DNA of 64,000 bases from Burkholderiaceae bacterium. Lineage in GTDB: Bacteria > Pseudomonadota > Gammaproteobacteria > Burkholderiales > Burkholderiaceae_C. Both the position numbers and the translations under genes were made by a program. The stretch lies in NCBI GenBank assembly GCA_030654805.1, contig JAURWR010000127.1:26944-90943 (forward strand), written 5' to 3'. Shown in pieces: positions 49,793-60,722 of the stretch; position 1 is the first letter of the stretch; each line of letters opens with the position of its first letter. The notes beneath the pieces were generated by a model. The model was given only the letters and a program-made list of their open reading frames with translations, did no database searches and was not told the origin of the DNA.

Positions 49793-50182
49793 TCAGGCCA
49801 GCAGCGTCTTCGCGAGGCGAAATCCGATCGCGCAGAACGCCAGCGCCCCCAGCAGGTGCGCCAGTGTGTGCACCATCGCCCAGCCGACATCACCTCGTTG
49901 CAGCAGCGTCAGCGATTCGCCAGTGAACGCAGAGAACGTCGTCAGTCCCCCGAGGAAACCGGTCACGAGCAAGAGGCGCATCAACTCGTTCGGCGTGCGC
50001 GCAAACCACGCCAGCGCGATGCCGATCAGCAGACCACCGACGCAGTTGACCATCAACGTGCCGAGAGGAAAACCGGCCCAGCGTGCATTCAGCCAGAGCT
50101 GCACGGCCCAGCGCAACACGCCGCCAAGCGCCGATCCGAGCGCGACGGCAAGCATCTGTGCCCAAGGCATGCCCTGGTTCAT
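49793..50182 (-). CDS. crcB: fluoride channel CrcB/FluC
   Basis: 129 aa, 4 TM, with GTLMVNCVGGLLIG and GFLGGLTTFSAF motifs. ATGA overlap with moaE. Confidence 0.9.
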   Translation of the reverse strand: MNQGMPWAQMLAVALGSALGGVLRWAVQLWLNARWAGFPLGTLMVNCVGGLLIGIALAWFARTPNELMRLLLVTGFLGGLTTFSAFTGESLTLLQRGDVGWAMVHTLAHLLGALAFCAIGFRLAKTLLA

Positions 50183-50664
50183 CGGTGCGCGCCTGCGGTC
50201 TGGTCGGGTGCCGCCTGCTGCCAGCGCGCCATCGCCTCGTCGTCGCTGACCCGGGCATCGACCCAGCGGGCGCCTTCGGGCGTGGTCTCCTTCTTCCAGA
50301 ACGGCGCCTGCGTCTTCAGGTAGTCCATCAGGAATTCGCAGGCCTGGAACGCGGTGCCACGGTGCGACGACGTCACGGCAACTAGCACGATCTGGTCCTT
50401 CGGATGCAGCAGGCCGACACGGTGGATCACCCGCACGCCGCGGATGTCGAACCGCGCGCGGGCAGCCTCGATCATCGATTCGATCGACGTTTCGGTCATG
50501 CCGGGGTAGTGCTCGAGCTCCATCGCGCTGACCCCGGAGCCGTCGTTGCGATCGCGCACACAGCCAACGAAGGTTGCGACCGCACCGACACCGGGATCGG
50601 CCGCGCGCAAGGCAGCCACCTCGGCGCTGAGGTCGAAGTCGGCGGTCTGGATGCTGACGGTCAT
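50179..50664 (-). CDS. moaE: molybdopterin synthase catalytic subunit MoaE
   Basis: ATG at 50664 after GAGGG (the track start at 50694 is GTG and overlaps moaD). GAVATFVGCVRD...MELEHYPGM...APFWKKE. Confidence 0.9.
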   Translation of the reverse strand: MTVSIQTADFDLSAEVAALRAADPGVGAVATFVGCVRDRNDGSGVSAMELEHYPGMTETSIESMIEAARARFDIRGVRVIHRVGLLHPKDQIVLVAVTSSHRGTAFQACEFLMDYLKTQAPFWKKETTPEGARWVDARVSDDEAMARWQQAAPDQTAGAHR

Positions 50665-50686
50665 GTCGTTGCCCTCGTTCTGCCGT

Positions 50687-50938
50687 TCAGCCACCCGTCA
50701 CCGGCGGGAAGAACGCGACTTCGGCGTCGCCCGTGACCACGGTCGACTCATCGCACAGCGCCTGGTTCAACGCACTGCGCAGCGCCCGGCCACGCGCCAG
50801 GGCCGTCGCGTGGGCAGCGCTGGAGGCGATCAAACGGTCGCGGACCTCGCCGACCGTCGTTTCCGCCGCCACCTCGATCGACTCGCCGGCGCCCAGCACC
50901 TCGCGGATCGATGCGAAATAACGCACCTGAATCTTCAT
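50687..50938 (-). CDS. moaD: molybdopterin synthase sulfur carrier MoaD
   Basis: 83 aa, ubiquitin-like, C-terminal FFPPVTGG. ATGA overlap with moeA. Confidence 0.9.
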   Translation of the reverse strand: MKIQVRYFASIREVLGAGESIEVAAETTVGEVRDRLIASSAAHATALARGRALRSALNQALCDESTVVTGDAEVAFFPPVTGG

Positions 50939-52242
50939 GACAGCAACTCCGAGAACGCCAGGTAGCTGACCGTGTCTCCGACGCGGATGGCCTGGCCGGG
51001 CGGGTTGTCGATCACACCGTCACCCCAGACGGCCGAGGTCAGCACGCCCGAACTCTGGTTGGCGAACAGGTCGAGTCCGCCCGCCGCGTTGCGGCGCACG
51101 CGCAGAAACTCGCGGCGCTTGTCGGGCTTCGGCCAGTCGAAATCGGCGCGCAGCGGCAGGCTGCGTGGCTGCCAATCCACCACGCCCTGCAGATGCAGCA
51201 GCACCGGGCGCACGACCAGCAGGAAGGTGATGAAGCTAGACACCGGGTTGCCCGGCAGTCCGAGGAAGTAGGCATGGCCCGGCGTTGACGGGCCGTCACG
51301 CCGCACCTGGCCAAATGCCAGCGGCTTGCCCGGCTTGATCGCCATCTGCCACAGGTCGACGTGGCCTTCGGCTTCGACGGCGGGCTTGATGTGGTCTTCC
51401 TCGCCGACCGACACGCCGCCGCTGGTGACGATCAGATCGTGATCCAGCGCAGCGCGACGCAGCGCATCACGCGTGGCGTCGAGCCGGTCAGGAACGATGC
51501 CGAAATCGGTGCATTCGCAGCCCAGCGCCTGCACCAGCGCGCGCAGCGTGAACCGGTTGGAGTTGTAGATCGCGCCGGGTTTCAGCGGCTCGCCCGGCAT
51601 CACCAGCTCGTCGCCGGTCGAGAACAGCGCGACCCGAGGCCGACGCGACACCGAAAGCGTTGCGGCGCCGACGGAAGCAGCCAGCCCCAGCGCCTGCGGC
51701 GTCAGGCGCGTGCCGGTCGAAAGCACGACCGATCCGGCGCGCACGTCTTCGCCGCGACGGCGTATCCATTGGCCGGGCTGGGGCACGGCGTCGATGCGAA
51801 CCGAGCCGCTGGCGGTGGCGTCGCTCACCGCTGCGCACTGCTCCTGCATCACGACTGCGTCGGCGCCGGCCGGAACCTGGGCTCCCGTGAAGATGCGCGC
51901 GGCCGTTCCGGGCACGAGAGGCGCACCGGCCACGCCGGCCGGGATGCGCTGGCTGACCGGCAAAGTGGCGCCGATCGCAGGCACATCGGTGCATCGCATC
52001 GCGTAGCCGTCCATCGAGGTGTTGTCGGCCGGAGGCACGTCAACCGCCGACCGCACGTCCTCCGCAAGCACGCGTCCGAGCGCATCGAAGGTCGAAACCC
52101 GCTGCGCCTGCGCAGCGCCGAAAGGCTGCACCGCCTGCGTCAACCGGTCCAGCGCCTCGTCGAGGCTCAGCAACGGAGCACGCACTGCCGGAGCAGGCGG
52201 GTCAGCGATCGGGGGAGTCGAGGTGGGGTGGTTGGTACTCAT
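50935..52242 (-). CDS. moeA: molybdopterin molybdotransferase MoeA
   Basis: LLSLDEALDRL...DNTSMDGYA...VSVGEEDH...GLPGNPVS. ATG at 52242 overlaps mobB by 41 nt. GTG 52185 and TTG 52173 are alternative starts. Confidence 0.9.
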   Translation of the reverse strand: MSTNHPTSTPPIADPPAPAVRAPLLSLDEALDRLTQAVQPFGAAQAQRVSTFDALGRVLAEDVRSAVDVPPADNTSMDGYAMRCTDVPAIGATLPVSQRIPAGVAGAPLVPGTAARIFTGAQVPAGADAVVMQEQCAAVSDATASGSVRIDAVPQPGQWIRRRGEDVRAGSVVLSTGTRLTPQALGLAASVGAATLSVSRRPRVALFSTGDELVMPGEPLKPGAIYNSNRFTLRALVQALGCECTDFGIVPDRLDATRDALRRAALDHDLIVTSGGVSVGEEDHIKPAVEAEGHVDLWQMAIKPGKPLAFGQVRRDGPSTPGHAYFLGLPGNPVSSFITFLLVVRPVLLHLQGVVDWQPRSLPLRADFDWPKPDKRREFLRVRRNAAGGLDLFANQSSGVLTSAVWGDGVIDNPPGQAIRVGDTVSYLAFSELLS

Positions 52243-52741
52243 AGCGAGCCGAATCGGACAACAGGAAGTTTGCCACCGCACCCACATCGTTGAGGTCGAG
52301 CACGGGCAGATCGGTCGGCACCGGCAGCGGGGCGCTGTCGGTGCACACCGCAACGATGAACGGGTCTTGCGGATACTGCACCGGCTTGCCGGTCGCCGCC
52401 CGCCACACCTCGATCTTTTGCAGATCGGCGCGCTTGAAGCCCTCCACCAGCACCCAGTCGCAGCCGCTGAGCTCGGCGATCAATTCGTGCACCGTCGGCG
52501 CGGCAATCGCCTCGTACTCGCGAATCAGGGCGAGTCGGCGGTTCGAGGCGACGACAACCTCGTATGCACCCGCCTGCCGATGTCGCCACGAGTCCTTGCC
52601 CGCATGGTCGATGTCGAACGCGTGATGCGCATGCTTGACGACCGACACCCGCAGCCCGCGCCCGCGCAATTGACCTATCAGCTGCTCGACCAGCGTCGTC
52701 TTGCCCGAACCCGAGTAGCCGCAGAAACCGATGACCTTCAC
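52202..52741 (-). CDS. mobB: molybdopterin-guanine dinucleotide biosynthesis adaptor MobB
   Basis: P-loop VIGFCGYSGSGKTTL and VKHAHHAFDID...GKDSWRH. GTG at 52741 lies 29 nt after the thrC stop. The track start at 52810 overlaps thrC. Confidence 0.85.
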   Translation of the reverse strand: MKVIGFCGYSGSGKTTLVEQLIGQLRGRGLRVSVVKHAHHAFDIDHAGKDSWRHRQAGAYEVVVASNRRLALIREYEAIAAPTVHELIAELSGCDWVLVEGFKRADLQKIEVWRAATGKPVQYPQDPFIVAVCTDSAPLPVPTDLPVLDLNDVGAVANFLLSDSARYEYQPPHLDSPDR

Positions 52742-52769
52742 GCGGCGATCGCCATCAGGCCGCGAGCCG

Positions 52770-54196
52770 TCACACGTTCGCGCTGAGGTAGGTCTTGACC
52801 GCCTGCGCATCCGCCGGCATCACGACGAACCGCTTGGGCAGATCCTCGATGCCGCGCATCGCGGACGGCCGGTCGGGCTGCACGCCGATGGCTTCGACGA
52901 TGGTCTCGGCGAACTTGGCCGGCAAGGCGGTTTCCAGCACCAGCATCGGGATGCCCCAGTCGAGGTGTTCGCGGCCGACCTTCAGGCCGTCGGCGGTGTG
53001 GGTGTCGATCACGACGCCGAAGCGCTTGTAGGTGTCGCGGATGGTGGCGAGACGGTCGGCATGCGTGCTGGTACCCGACACGAAGCCGAAGCTCGAAGTG
53101 TTCGCGAATTCGTCGTCGCTGACGGTGAACGCGCCGTGCTGTTCGACCTCGGTCTTGAACAGCTGCTTCGTGCGCGCCGCATCGCGGCCCAGCAGATCGA
53201 ACACGAAGCGCTCGAAGTTCGACGCCTTCGAGATGTCCATCGACGGGCTCGAGGTCTCGTGCGTCTCGGCGCTGCCGCGCACGCGATACGTGCCGGTGCG
53301 GAAAAACTCGTCGAGCACGTTGTTCTCGTTGGTGGCCAACACCAGATAGCGGATCGGCAGGCCCATCATCCGCGCGACGTGCCCGGCGCAGATGTTGCCG
53401 AAGTTGCCCGAAGGCACTGCGAAGCTGACTTGCTGATCGTTCGACCACGTGGCCTGGAAGTAGCCCGCGAAGTAATAGACGACCTGCGCCAGCAGACGCG
53501 CCCAGTTGATCGAGTTGACGGTGCCGATGTGGTGACGGCGCTTGAACTCGAGGTCGTTCGACACCGCCTTGACGATGTCCTGGCACTCGTCGAACACGCC
53601 GTCGATCGCGATGTTGTGAATGTTGGCGTCCTGCAGGCTGAACATCTGCGCCTGCTGAAACGGGCTCATGCGGCCGTTCGGGCTCAGCATGAAGACGTTG
53701 ACGCCCTGCTTGCCGCGCATCGCGTACTCGGCGGCGCTGCCGGTGTCGCCCGACGTGGCCCCGAGGATGTTCAGCGTTTCGCCGCGGCGCGCCAGTTCGT
53801 ACTCGAACAGGTTGCCGAGCAACTGCATCGCCATGTCCTTGAAGGCCAGCGTCGGGCCGTTGGACAGCGCCTGCAGGTAGACATCGGCTCCCTCGGGCGT
53901 GCTGGCAGCCCGGTCGAGCGACTTCAGCGGCGTGATCTCGGGCGTGCCGAAGATCGCGGGCGTGTAGGTCTTGTTGACCAGCGTGCGCAGGTCGCCTGCC
54001 GGGATGTCGGTGATGTAGAGCGACAGGATCTCGAACGCAAGGTCGGCGTAGCTCAGGCCGCGCCAGCGGGTCAGCGTCGCGTCGTCGATCTTCGGGTACG
54101 ACTCGGGCAGGTAGAGGCCGCCATCGGGCGCCAGACCTTCGAGCAGGATGTCGGAAAAGCCGCGTGGGGTGAGGTCACCCCGGGTGCTGAGGTAGT

Positions 54197-54200
<4 letters not shown>
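52770..54200 (-). CDS. thrC: threonine synthase
   Basis: N-terminus (M)NYLSTRG and PLP-lysine region LSNGPTLAFKDMAMQ. The TTG start overlaps the hom TGA (TTGA). Confidence 0.95.
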
Positions 54201-55525
<1,325 letters not shown>

Positions 55526-55592
55526 CTTGTGTGCCCCTGAGGGCTTCTGGATTGCGAGAAAAGAATCAGGTCAAGCACCACGCGTGGATCGC

Positions 55593-56819
55593 TCACTGCG
55601 AGTGGCGCTTGCGGTACTGGCCTAGGAAATGGGCGATGCGCCCGATCGCCTCGGTCAGGTCGTCGCAGTTCGGCAGGAAGACCAGCCGGAAGTGATCCGG
55701 GTTCGGCCAGTTGAAGCCGGTGCCCTGAACGATCAGCACCTTCTCGGCGGCCAGCAGGTCGTAGGCGAACTGCTGATCGTCCTCGATCGGGTACATCTTC
55801 GGATCGAGGCGCGGGAACATGTACAGCGCGGCCTTCGGCTTGACGACGCTGACGCCCGGGATCTGGCTCAGCAGCTCGTAAGCCAGGTCGCGCTGGCGGC
55901 ACAGGCGGCCGCTCGGGGCGACCAGGTCCTTGATGCTCTGGTAGCCGCCGAGCGCAGTCTGGATCGCGAGCTGGCCCGGCGTGTTCGAGCACAGGCGCAT
56001 CGAGGCCAGCATGTTCAGGCCCTCGATGTAGTCGCGTGCGTGCGCCTTCGCGCCCGAGACCACCATCCACCCAGCGCGGTAGCCACACGAGCGGTAGTTC
56101 TTGCTCAGTCCGTTGTAGGTGACGAACAAGACATCGTCGGCCAGCGAAGCGATGCTGGTGTGCACATTGCCGTCGAACAGCGTCTTGTCGTAGATCTCGT
56201 CGGCGAACACGATCAGCTGGTGCTGGCGCGCCACTTCGACGATGTCGCGAAGCACGCTCTCCGGGTACAGCGCACCGGTCGGGTTGTTCGGGTTGATGAC
56301 GACGATGGCCTTGGTGTTCGGCGTGATCTTCTTGCGGATGTCGGCGATGTCTGGCGTCCAGTCCGCCTGCTCGTCGCAGATGTAGTGCACCGGCGTTCCG
56401 CCCGACAGCGCGACCGATGCAGTCCACAGCGGATAGTCCGGGGCAGGCACCAGCACCTCGTCACCGTCGTTGAGCAGGCCGTTCATGCTCATGGTGATGA
56501 GTTCGGACGCACCGTTGCCGAGATAAACGTCGTCGATGGTCACGCCCTGGACGTGCTTTTCCTGCATGTAATGCACCACCGCCTTGCGCGGCGCGAACAG
56601 GCCCTTGCTGTCGGTGTAGCCGGCACTGTGGGGCAGATTGCGGATCATGTCCTGCACGATCTCGTCGGGCGGCTCAAGCCCGAACACGGCAAGGTTGCCA
56701 ATGTTCAGCTTGATGATCTTCTGCCCCTCTTCCTCCATCTGCCGGGCCTTGTCGAGCACCGGACCACGGATGTCGTAGCAGACGTTGGCGAGCTTGCTCG
56801 ACTTGGCAACAGGTTTCAA
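55593..56819 (-). CDS. alaA: PLP-dependent aminotransferase (alanine transaminase AlaA/AlaC type)
   Basis: (M)KPVAKSSKLANVCYDIRGPVL aligns with E. coli AlaA MSPIEKSSKLENVCYDIRGPVL. SKNYRSCGYR is the PLP-lysine region. TTG start with GGAGAG 6 nt upstream. Confidence 0.9.
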   Translation of the reverse strand: MKPVAKSSKLANVCYDIRGPVLDKARQMEEEGQKIIKLNIGNLAVFGLEPPDEIVQDMIRNLPHSAGYTDSKGLFAPRKAVVHYMQEKHVQGVTIDDVYLGNGASELITMSMNGLLNDGDEVLVPAPDYPLWTASVALSGGTPVHYICDEQADWTPDIADIRKKITPNTKAIVVINPNNPTGALYPESVLRDIVEVARQHQLIVFADEIYDKTLFDGNVHTSIASLADDVLFVTYNGLSKNYRSCGYRAGWMVVSGAKAHARDYIEGLNMLASMRLCSNTPGQLAIQTALGGYQSIKDLVAPSGRLCRQRDLAYELLSQIPGVSVVKPKAALYMFPRLDPKMYPIEDDQQFAYDLLAAEKVLIVQGTGFNWPNPDHFRLVFLPNCDDLTEAIGRIAHFLGQYRKRHSQ

Positions 56820-56979
56820 GGGGCTCTCCAGCTACGCGACCGCGCAGCGCAAAGCCTACAATTTTACGCCCTCAAGGAAACGCTGGGCCGCTCCCAAGTT
56901 TCCTTGACCCCCTTGGGGGCCTGTCGTTTTGCGACAGGTTTGGGGGCACTCAGAACACCCGGAGCCCGCGACCTTGAAA

Positions 56980-57348
56980 ATGCACGCAGAACGGATCGAA
57001 GGTACCAACGCGATCGCGCGCCACGGCAAGGACGGCGTGATGGTCAACGGCACGCAGTTCACGACCAGCGTCGTGGTGCCCTGGACCGGTCTCGTCACAG
57101 CCTGGAACGTGGCGCGTTTCGCCGACCTGAACGCCGATCATTTCGCTGCGCTGGCGCAGTACGAACCCGAACTGGTTCTCTTCGGCAGCGGCGACACACT
57201 GCGCTTCCCGCCGGCTGGCCTGCTCAGGTCACTCATCGAGCGCCGCATTGGCTTCGAGACGATGGACAGCGCTGCCGCGTGCCGCACTTACAACGTGCTT
57301 CTTTCAGAGGGTCGAAACGTGGTGGCCGGCCTGCTGTTCGAACGATGA
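56980..57348 (+). CDS. Mth938-like (DUF498) domain protein
   Basis: ATG at 56980. LVLFGSGDTLRFPP...GFETMDSAAACRTYNVLLSEGRNVVA is the typical family pattern. Confidence 0.75.
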   Translation: MHAERIEGTNAIARHGKDGVMVNGTQFTTSVVVPWTGLVTAWNVARFADLNADHFAALAQYEPELVLFGSGDTLRFPPAGLLRSLIERRIGFETMDSAAACRTYNVLLSEGRNVVAGLLFER

Positions 57349-57448
57349 ACCAGTGCGTGTGACGCTCGCCGCCCTCACCGGCAACCGCCATGGTCAGCCC
57401 CTATAATTGCGGGCTACGCCAACGACGGCGCAACACTAACAAGACTCC

Positions 57449-57925
57449 ATGACGCCAGCCCTCAACAAACCCCTCCCGGAATTTGAAGCGCTCGCCACCA
57501 GTGGAGTGAAGTTCACGCCGCAGGCTTACGCCGGTCAATCCATCGTGTTGTATTTCTATCCGAAAGACAACACCCCCGGCTGCACCACCGAAGCGATGCA
57601 GTTTCGTGACCACCACAAGGACTTCATCGCCGCTGGCGCCGTGGTTTTCGGGGTGTCTCGCGACAACATGGCTTCCCACGAGAAATTCAAGCAGAACCTG
57701 GAACTGCCATTCGAGCTGATCGCCGACACGGAAGAGAAGCTGTGCCACATGTTCGGCGTGGTCAAGAACAAGATCATGTACGGCAAGAAGGTCAAGGGCA
57801 TCGAGCGCAGCACCTTCCTGATCGATGGCGCGGGTGTGCTCCGTGGCGAGTGGAGGGGCCTGAAGGTGGCCGGCCACGTCGAAGAAGTACTCAAGACCGT
57901 CAAATCCTTGAAGGACGATGCCTGA
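57449..57925 (+). CDS. bcp: thioredoxin-dependent thiol peroxidase (Bcp peroxiredoxin)
   Basis: VLYFYPKDNTPGCTTEA active-site motif. Confidence 0.95.
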   Translation: MTPALNKPLPEFEALATSGVKFTPQAYAGQSIVLYFYPKDNTPGCTTEAMQFRDHHKDFIAAGAVVFGVSRDNMASHEKFKQNLELPFELIADTEEKLCHMFGVVKNKIMYGKKVKGIERSTFLIDGAGVLRGEWRGLKVAGHVEEVLKTVKSLKDDA

Positions 57926-57974
57926 TTGGTGCGAAGCTTGCACACCAGCGCGTCACGTCGCCCTGTTCAAATGG

Positions 57975-58009
57975 AAGCCGCACAGGACCCTGCGCGGCTT
58001 TTTTGTTTT
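57975..58009 (+). terminator. rho-independent terminator after bcp
   Basis: AAGCCGCACAGG-ACC-CTGCGCGGCTT followed by TTTTGTTTT. Confidence 0.7.
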
Positions 58010-58058
58010 CCAGCCTGACTCCTGTCGTCTAACGCCCGTCACTCACCGTCCACCGCCC

Positions 58059-59726
58059 ATGCCACTGCCCAAGCCGCCTGCCAAACGAGCCTCCCTGCTG
58101 TCCGTCACCGACTTCGAGTCCCAGGCTGCACCCAAGCCGGCCAAGCGATCGCCCCGCGCCGCCGCCGAGCCGGCGGCGCCGGCCGAGCTGAACCTGTACG
58201 ACCCGGCGGCACTCGCGCCGACACCTCCGGCGCGCGCCCCGCTCGTCGCCACAGCCTCGGATGCGGCGGCCACGGTGATCAAGCGTCCCGAACCGAAGCC
58301 GCGTGTGGCCAAACCTCGCGGCACCGGGCCGGCCAAGCTGTTCGTGCTCGACACCAACGTGTTGATGCACGACCCGATGAGCCTGTTCCGCTTCGACGAG
58401 CACGACATCTACCTGCCGATGATCACGCTCGAAGAACTCGACGATCACAAGAAAGGCATGACCGAAGTGGCACGCAATGCGCGTCAGGTCAGTCGTGATC
58501 TCGACGCGCTGGCAGCCAACCTGGCCACGCGCGACATCAATGGCATGACCGAAGGCCTGTCCCTGGCGCGTACCGGGCACCGCGAGGCCGGCGGCAAGCT
58601 GTTCTTCCAGACCAACCTCGTCAACGTGACGCTGCCGGCCGGCCTGCCGCAAGGCAAGGCCGACAACCAGATCCTCGGTGTGGTGCAGGCACTGCGCGAT
58701 CAGCAACCCGGTCGCGACGTGGTGCTGGTGTCGAAAGACATCAACATGCGCATCAAGGCGCGCGCACTGGGCCTGCCGGCAGAGGACTACTTCAACGACA
58801 AGACGCTCGAGGACGGTGATCTGCTCTACACCGGCGTGCTGCAACTGCCCGCTGACTTCTGGGATCGCCACGGCAAGACGATGGAAAGCTGGAACCAGGG
58901 TGGTTTCACGTTCTATCGCATCAGCGGTCCGATGGTTCCGGCGCTGCTGATCAATCAGTTCGTCTACCTCGAAGCCGCCGGCGCTGCGCCGCTGCACGCC
59001 AAGGTGACCGAGATCACCGGCAAGACTGCGGTGCTGCGCACGCTGCGCGAGTACACCCACGCCAAGAACGCGGTGTGGGGCGTGACCGCGCGCAACCGCG
59101 AGCAGAACTTCGCGCTGAACCTGCTGATGGACCCGGACTGCGACTTCATCACGCTGACCGGTACCGCAGGCACCGGCAAGACGCTGATGACGCTGGCCGC
59201 CGGTCTGAGCCAGGTGATGGACGACCGCCGCTACACCGAAATCATCGTGACCCGTGTGACGGTACCGGTGGGTGAAGACATCGGCTTCCTGCCCGGCACC
59301 GAGGAAGAAAAGATGGGCCCGTGGATGGGCGCGCTCGACGACAACCTCGAAGTGCTGTCGAAGACCGACGGCGGTGCCGGTGAATGGGGCCGTGCGGCCA
59401 CCAACGACCTGGTGCGCAGCAAGATCAAGATCAAGAGCCTGAATTTCATGCGCGGGCGCACTTTCCTGAACAAGTTCGTGCTGATCGACGAAGCTCAGAA
59501 CCTGACGCCGAAGCAGATGAAGACCTTGATCACCCGCGCCGGCCCGGGCACCAAGATCGTCTGCCTGGGCAACCTGGCGCAGATCGACACGCCCTACCTG
59601 ACCGAGGGCAGCTCGGGCCTGACCTACGCGGTGGACCGATTCAAGGGCTGGCCGCACAGCGGGCACGTGACGCTGGCGCGGGGCGAACGTTCGCGGCTGG
59701 CGGACTTTGCCAGCGAGGTGCTCTGA
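58059..59726 (+). CDS. PhoH-family ATPase with N-terminal PIN domain (YlaK type)
   Basis: ATG at 58059. PIN region LFVLDTNVLMHDP, Walker A LTGTAGTGKT, Walker B FVLIDEAQNL. Confidence 0.9.
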   Translation: MPLPKPPAKRASLLSVTDFESQAAPKPAKRSPRAAAEPAAPAELNLYDPAALAPTPPARAPLVATASDAAATVIKRPEPKPRVAKPRGTGPAKLFVLDTNVLMHDPMSLFRFDEHDIYLPMITLEELDDHKKGMTEVARNARQVSRDLDALAANLATRDINGMTEGLSLARTGHREAGGKLFFQTNLVNVTLPAGLPQGKADNQILGVVQALRDQQPGRDVVLVSKDINMRIKARALGLPAEDYFNDKTLEDGDLLYTGVLQLPADFWDRHGKTMESWNQGGFTFYRISGPMVPALLINQFVYLEAAGAAPLHAKVTEITGKTAVLRTLREYTHAKNAVWGVTARNREQNFALNLLMDPDCDFITLTGTAGTGKTLMTLAAGLSQVMDDRRYTEIIVTRVTVPVGEDIGFLPGTEEEKMGPWMGALDDNLEVLSKTDGGAGEWGRAATNDLVRSKIKIKSLNFMRGRTFLNKFVLIDEAQNLTPKQMKTLITRAGPGTKIVCLGNLAQIDTPYLTEGSSGLTYAVDRFKGWPHSGHVTLARGERSRLADFASEVL

Positions 59727-59730
59727 CGCT

Positions 59731-60615
59731 TCACAGTTCGGCGTCGTGCGGGCGCAGGTAGCTTGCGAAACGCGGAACGCCCGTCGGGGTCAGTCCTCGG
59801 TGTGTGTAGGTGATCCAGCTGCCCAAAGGTGGCGGTTGACGGCGTTGTTCGTCGCTGAATCCGCTGCCGACGCGGAACTCGACGCCGTCGACGGTGCGCA
59901 CACGCAACGCGCCCATCACATCAGCCAATCGCCCGCGGCCGCGCTCGTGCGCCAGCACTTTCGCTTCAGCGTCCTGCACGGGTTTGAGTTTCAGCAAGGC
60001 CTGGCTGCGCCCCGGCGCCCACAGCGCATCCGCACGGTGCAGCACCAGACCTTCGCCGCCGCCGCGCACCACTGAATCGAGTCGCCGTTGCAGCGCGGCG
60101 TGGTCGGGCAGCAGCGTTTGCTCGATGGCGCTCAAGACCGCTGACGAGGCGCCGCGCACCGCATCGGTGATCTGCGCGGCACGGGTTGCGAAATCGCCTG
60201 CCGCGCCAGGCAGGTCGAACACCATCAGGCGCAGCGCGCGCCAGCCCGCATCGTCAGGTGCCGAGCGCCGCACCGTGCCGGACACCACATCGAATCGGCC
60301 CCGACCACCCCAGAGTTCGCCGTCGAGCGCGATCGGCGGCAAGGCCTGGATGAACCACGCCGGCGCCGGGACCGGTCGCCCGCTGCGAAAACGCAGTTGG
60401 CGGCCGTCCCAGAAGGCCCGCACGCCATCGAGCTTTTCGCTGACGAGGTAGCCACTGGGATCGATGTCGGCTGGCGCTGGCGACAGCAGCGCCAGCGCAG
60501 GGGCGTTCGACGCCGGGACGGTCCCGCGCGCGGCGGCGCACCGGGCAGCAGGCCAGGTCAAGGCGACGCAGGCCATCGCGCGACGGCGTGAGCAAAGGGT
60601 GTCGAACACAGTCAT
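59731..60615 (-). CDS. minimal ATP-dependent DNA ligase with N-terminal signal peptide (LigE type)
   Basis: Adenylation motif SEKLDGVRAF, motifs LDGELW and EGLVLH, OB-fold tail. N-terminal SRRRAMACVALTWPAARCAAA looks like an export signal. Confidence 0.85.
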   Translation of the reverse strand: MTVFDTLCSRRRAMACVALTWPAARCAAARGTVPASNAPALALLSPAPADIDPSGYLVSEKLDGVRAFWDGRQLRFRSGRPVPAPAWFIQALPPIALDGELWGGRGRFDVVSGTVRRSAPDDAGWRALRLMVFDLPGAAGDFATRAAQITDAVRGASSAVLSAIEQTLLPDHAALQRRLDSVVRGGGEGLVLHRADALWAPGRSQALLKLKPVQDAEAKVLAHERGRGRLADVMGALRVRTVDGVEFRVGSGFSDEQRRQPPPLGSWITYTHRGLTPTGVPRFASYLRPHDAEL

Positions 60616-60722
60616 GGCGAAAGCTCCGGTCGTTGAGGAGCCGCCAGTCTGTGCAGGGTTCGACGCGCCGTCATCCCCCGGAGGATGGACGAGACGCGTC
60701 GAGTCGTCGAAGCCGACGGGTC

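Noticed and set aside
49786-49893. N-terminal extension of the proteasome-like ORF (391-aa version in the track)
   Set aside because: It would overlap crcB by ~100 nt and has no in-frame ATG in the non-overlapping upstream part. GTG at 49785 gives a Ser at position 1 that aligns with the Thr1 nucleophile position of HslV.
50183-50300. Fluoride riboswitch upstream of crcB
   Set aside because: The crcB ATG overlaps the moaE stop (ATGA). The upstream sequence is moaE coding sequence, so there is no room for a leader.
57918-58058. Upstream extension of the PhoH/PIN ORF overlapping the bcp stop
   Set aside because: It runs through the bcp rho-independent terminator (57975-58009). ATG at 58059 is the first start after the terminator.
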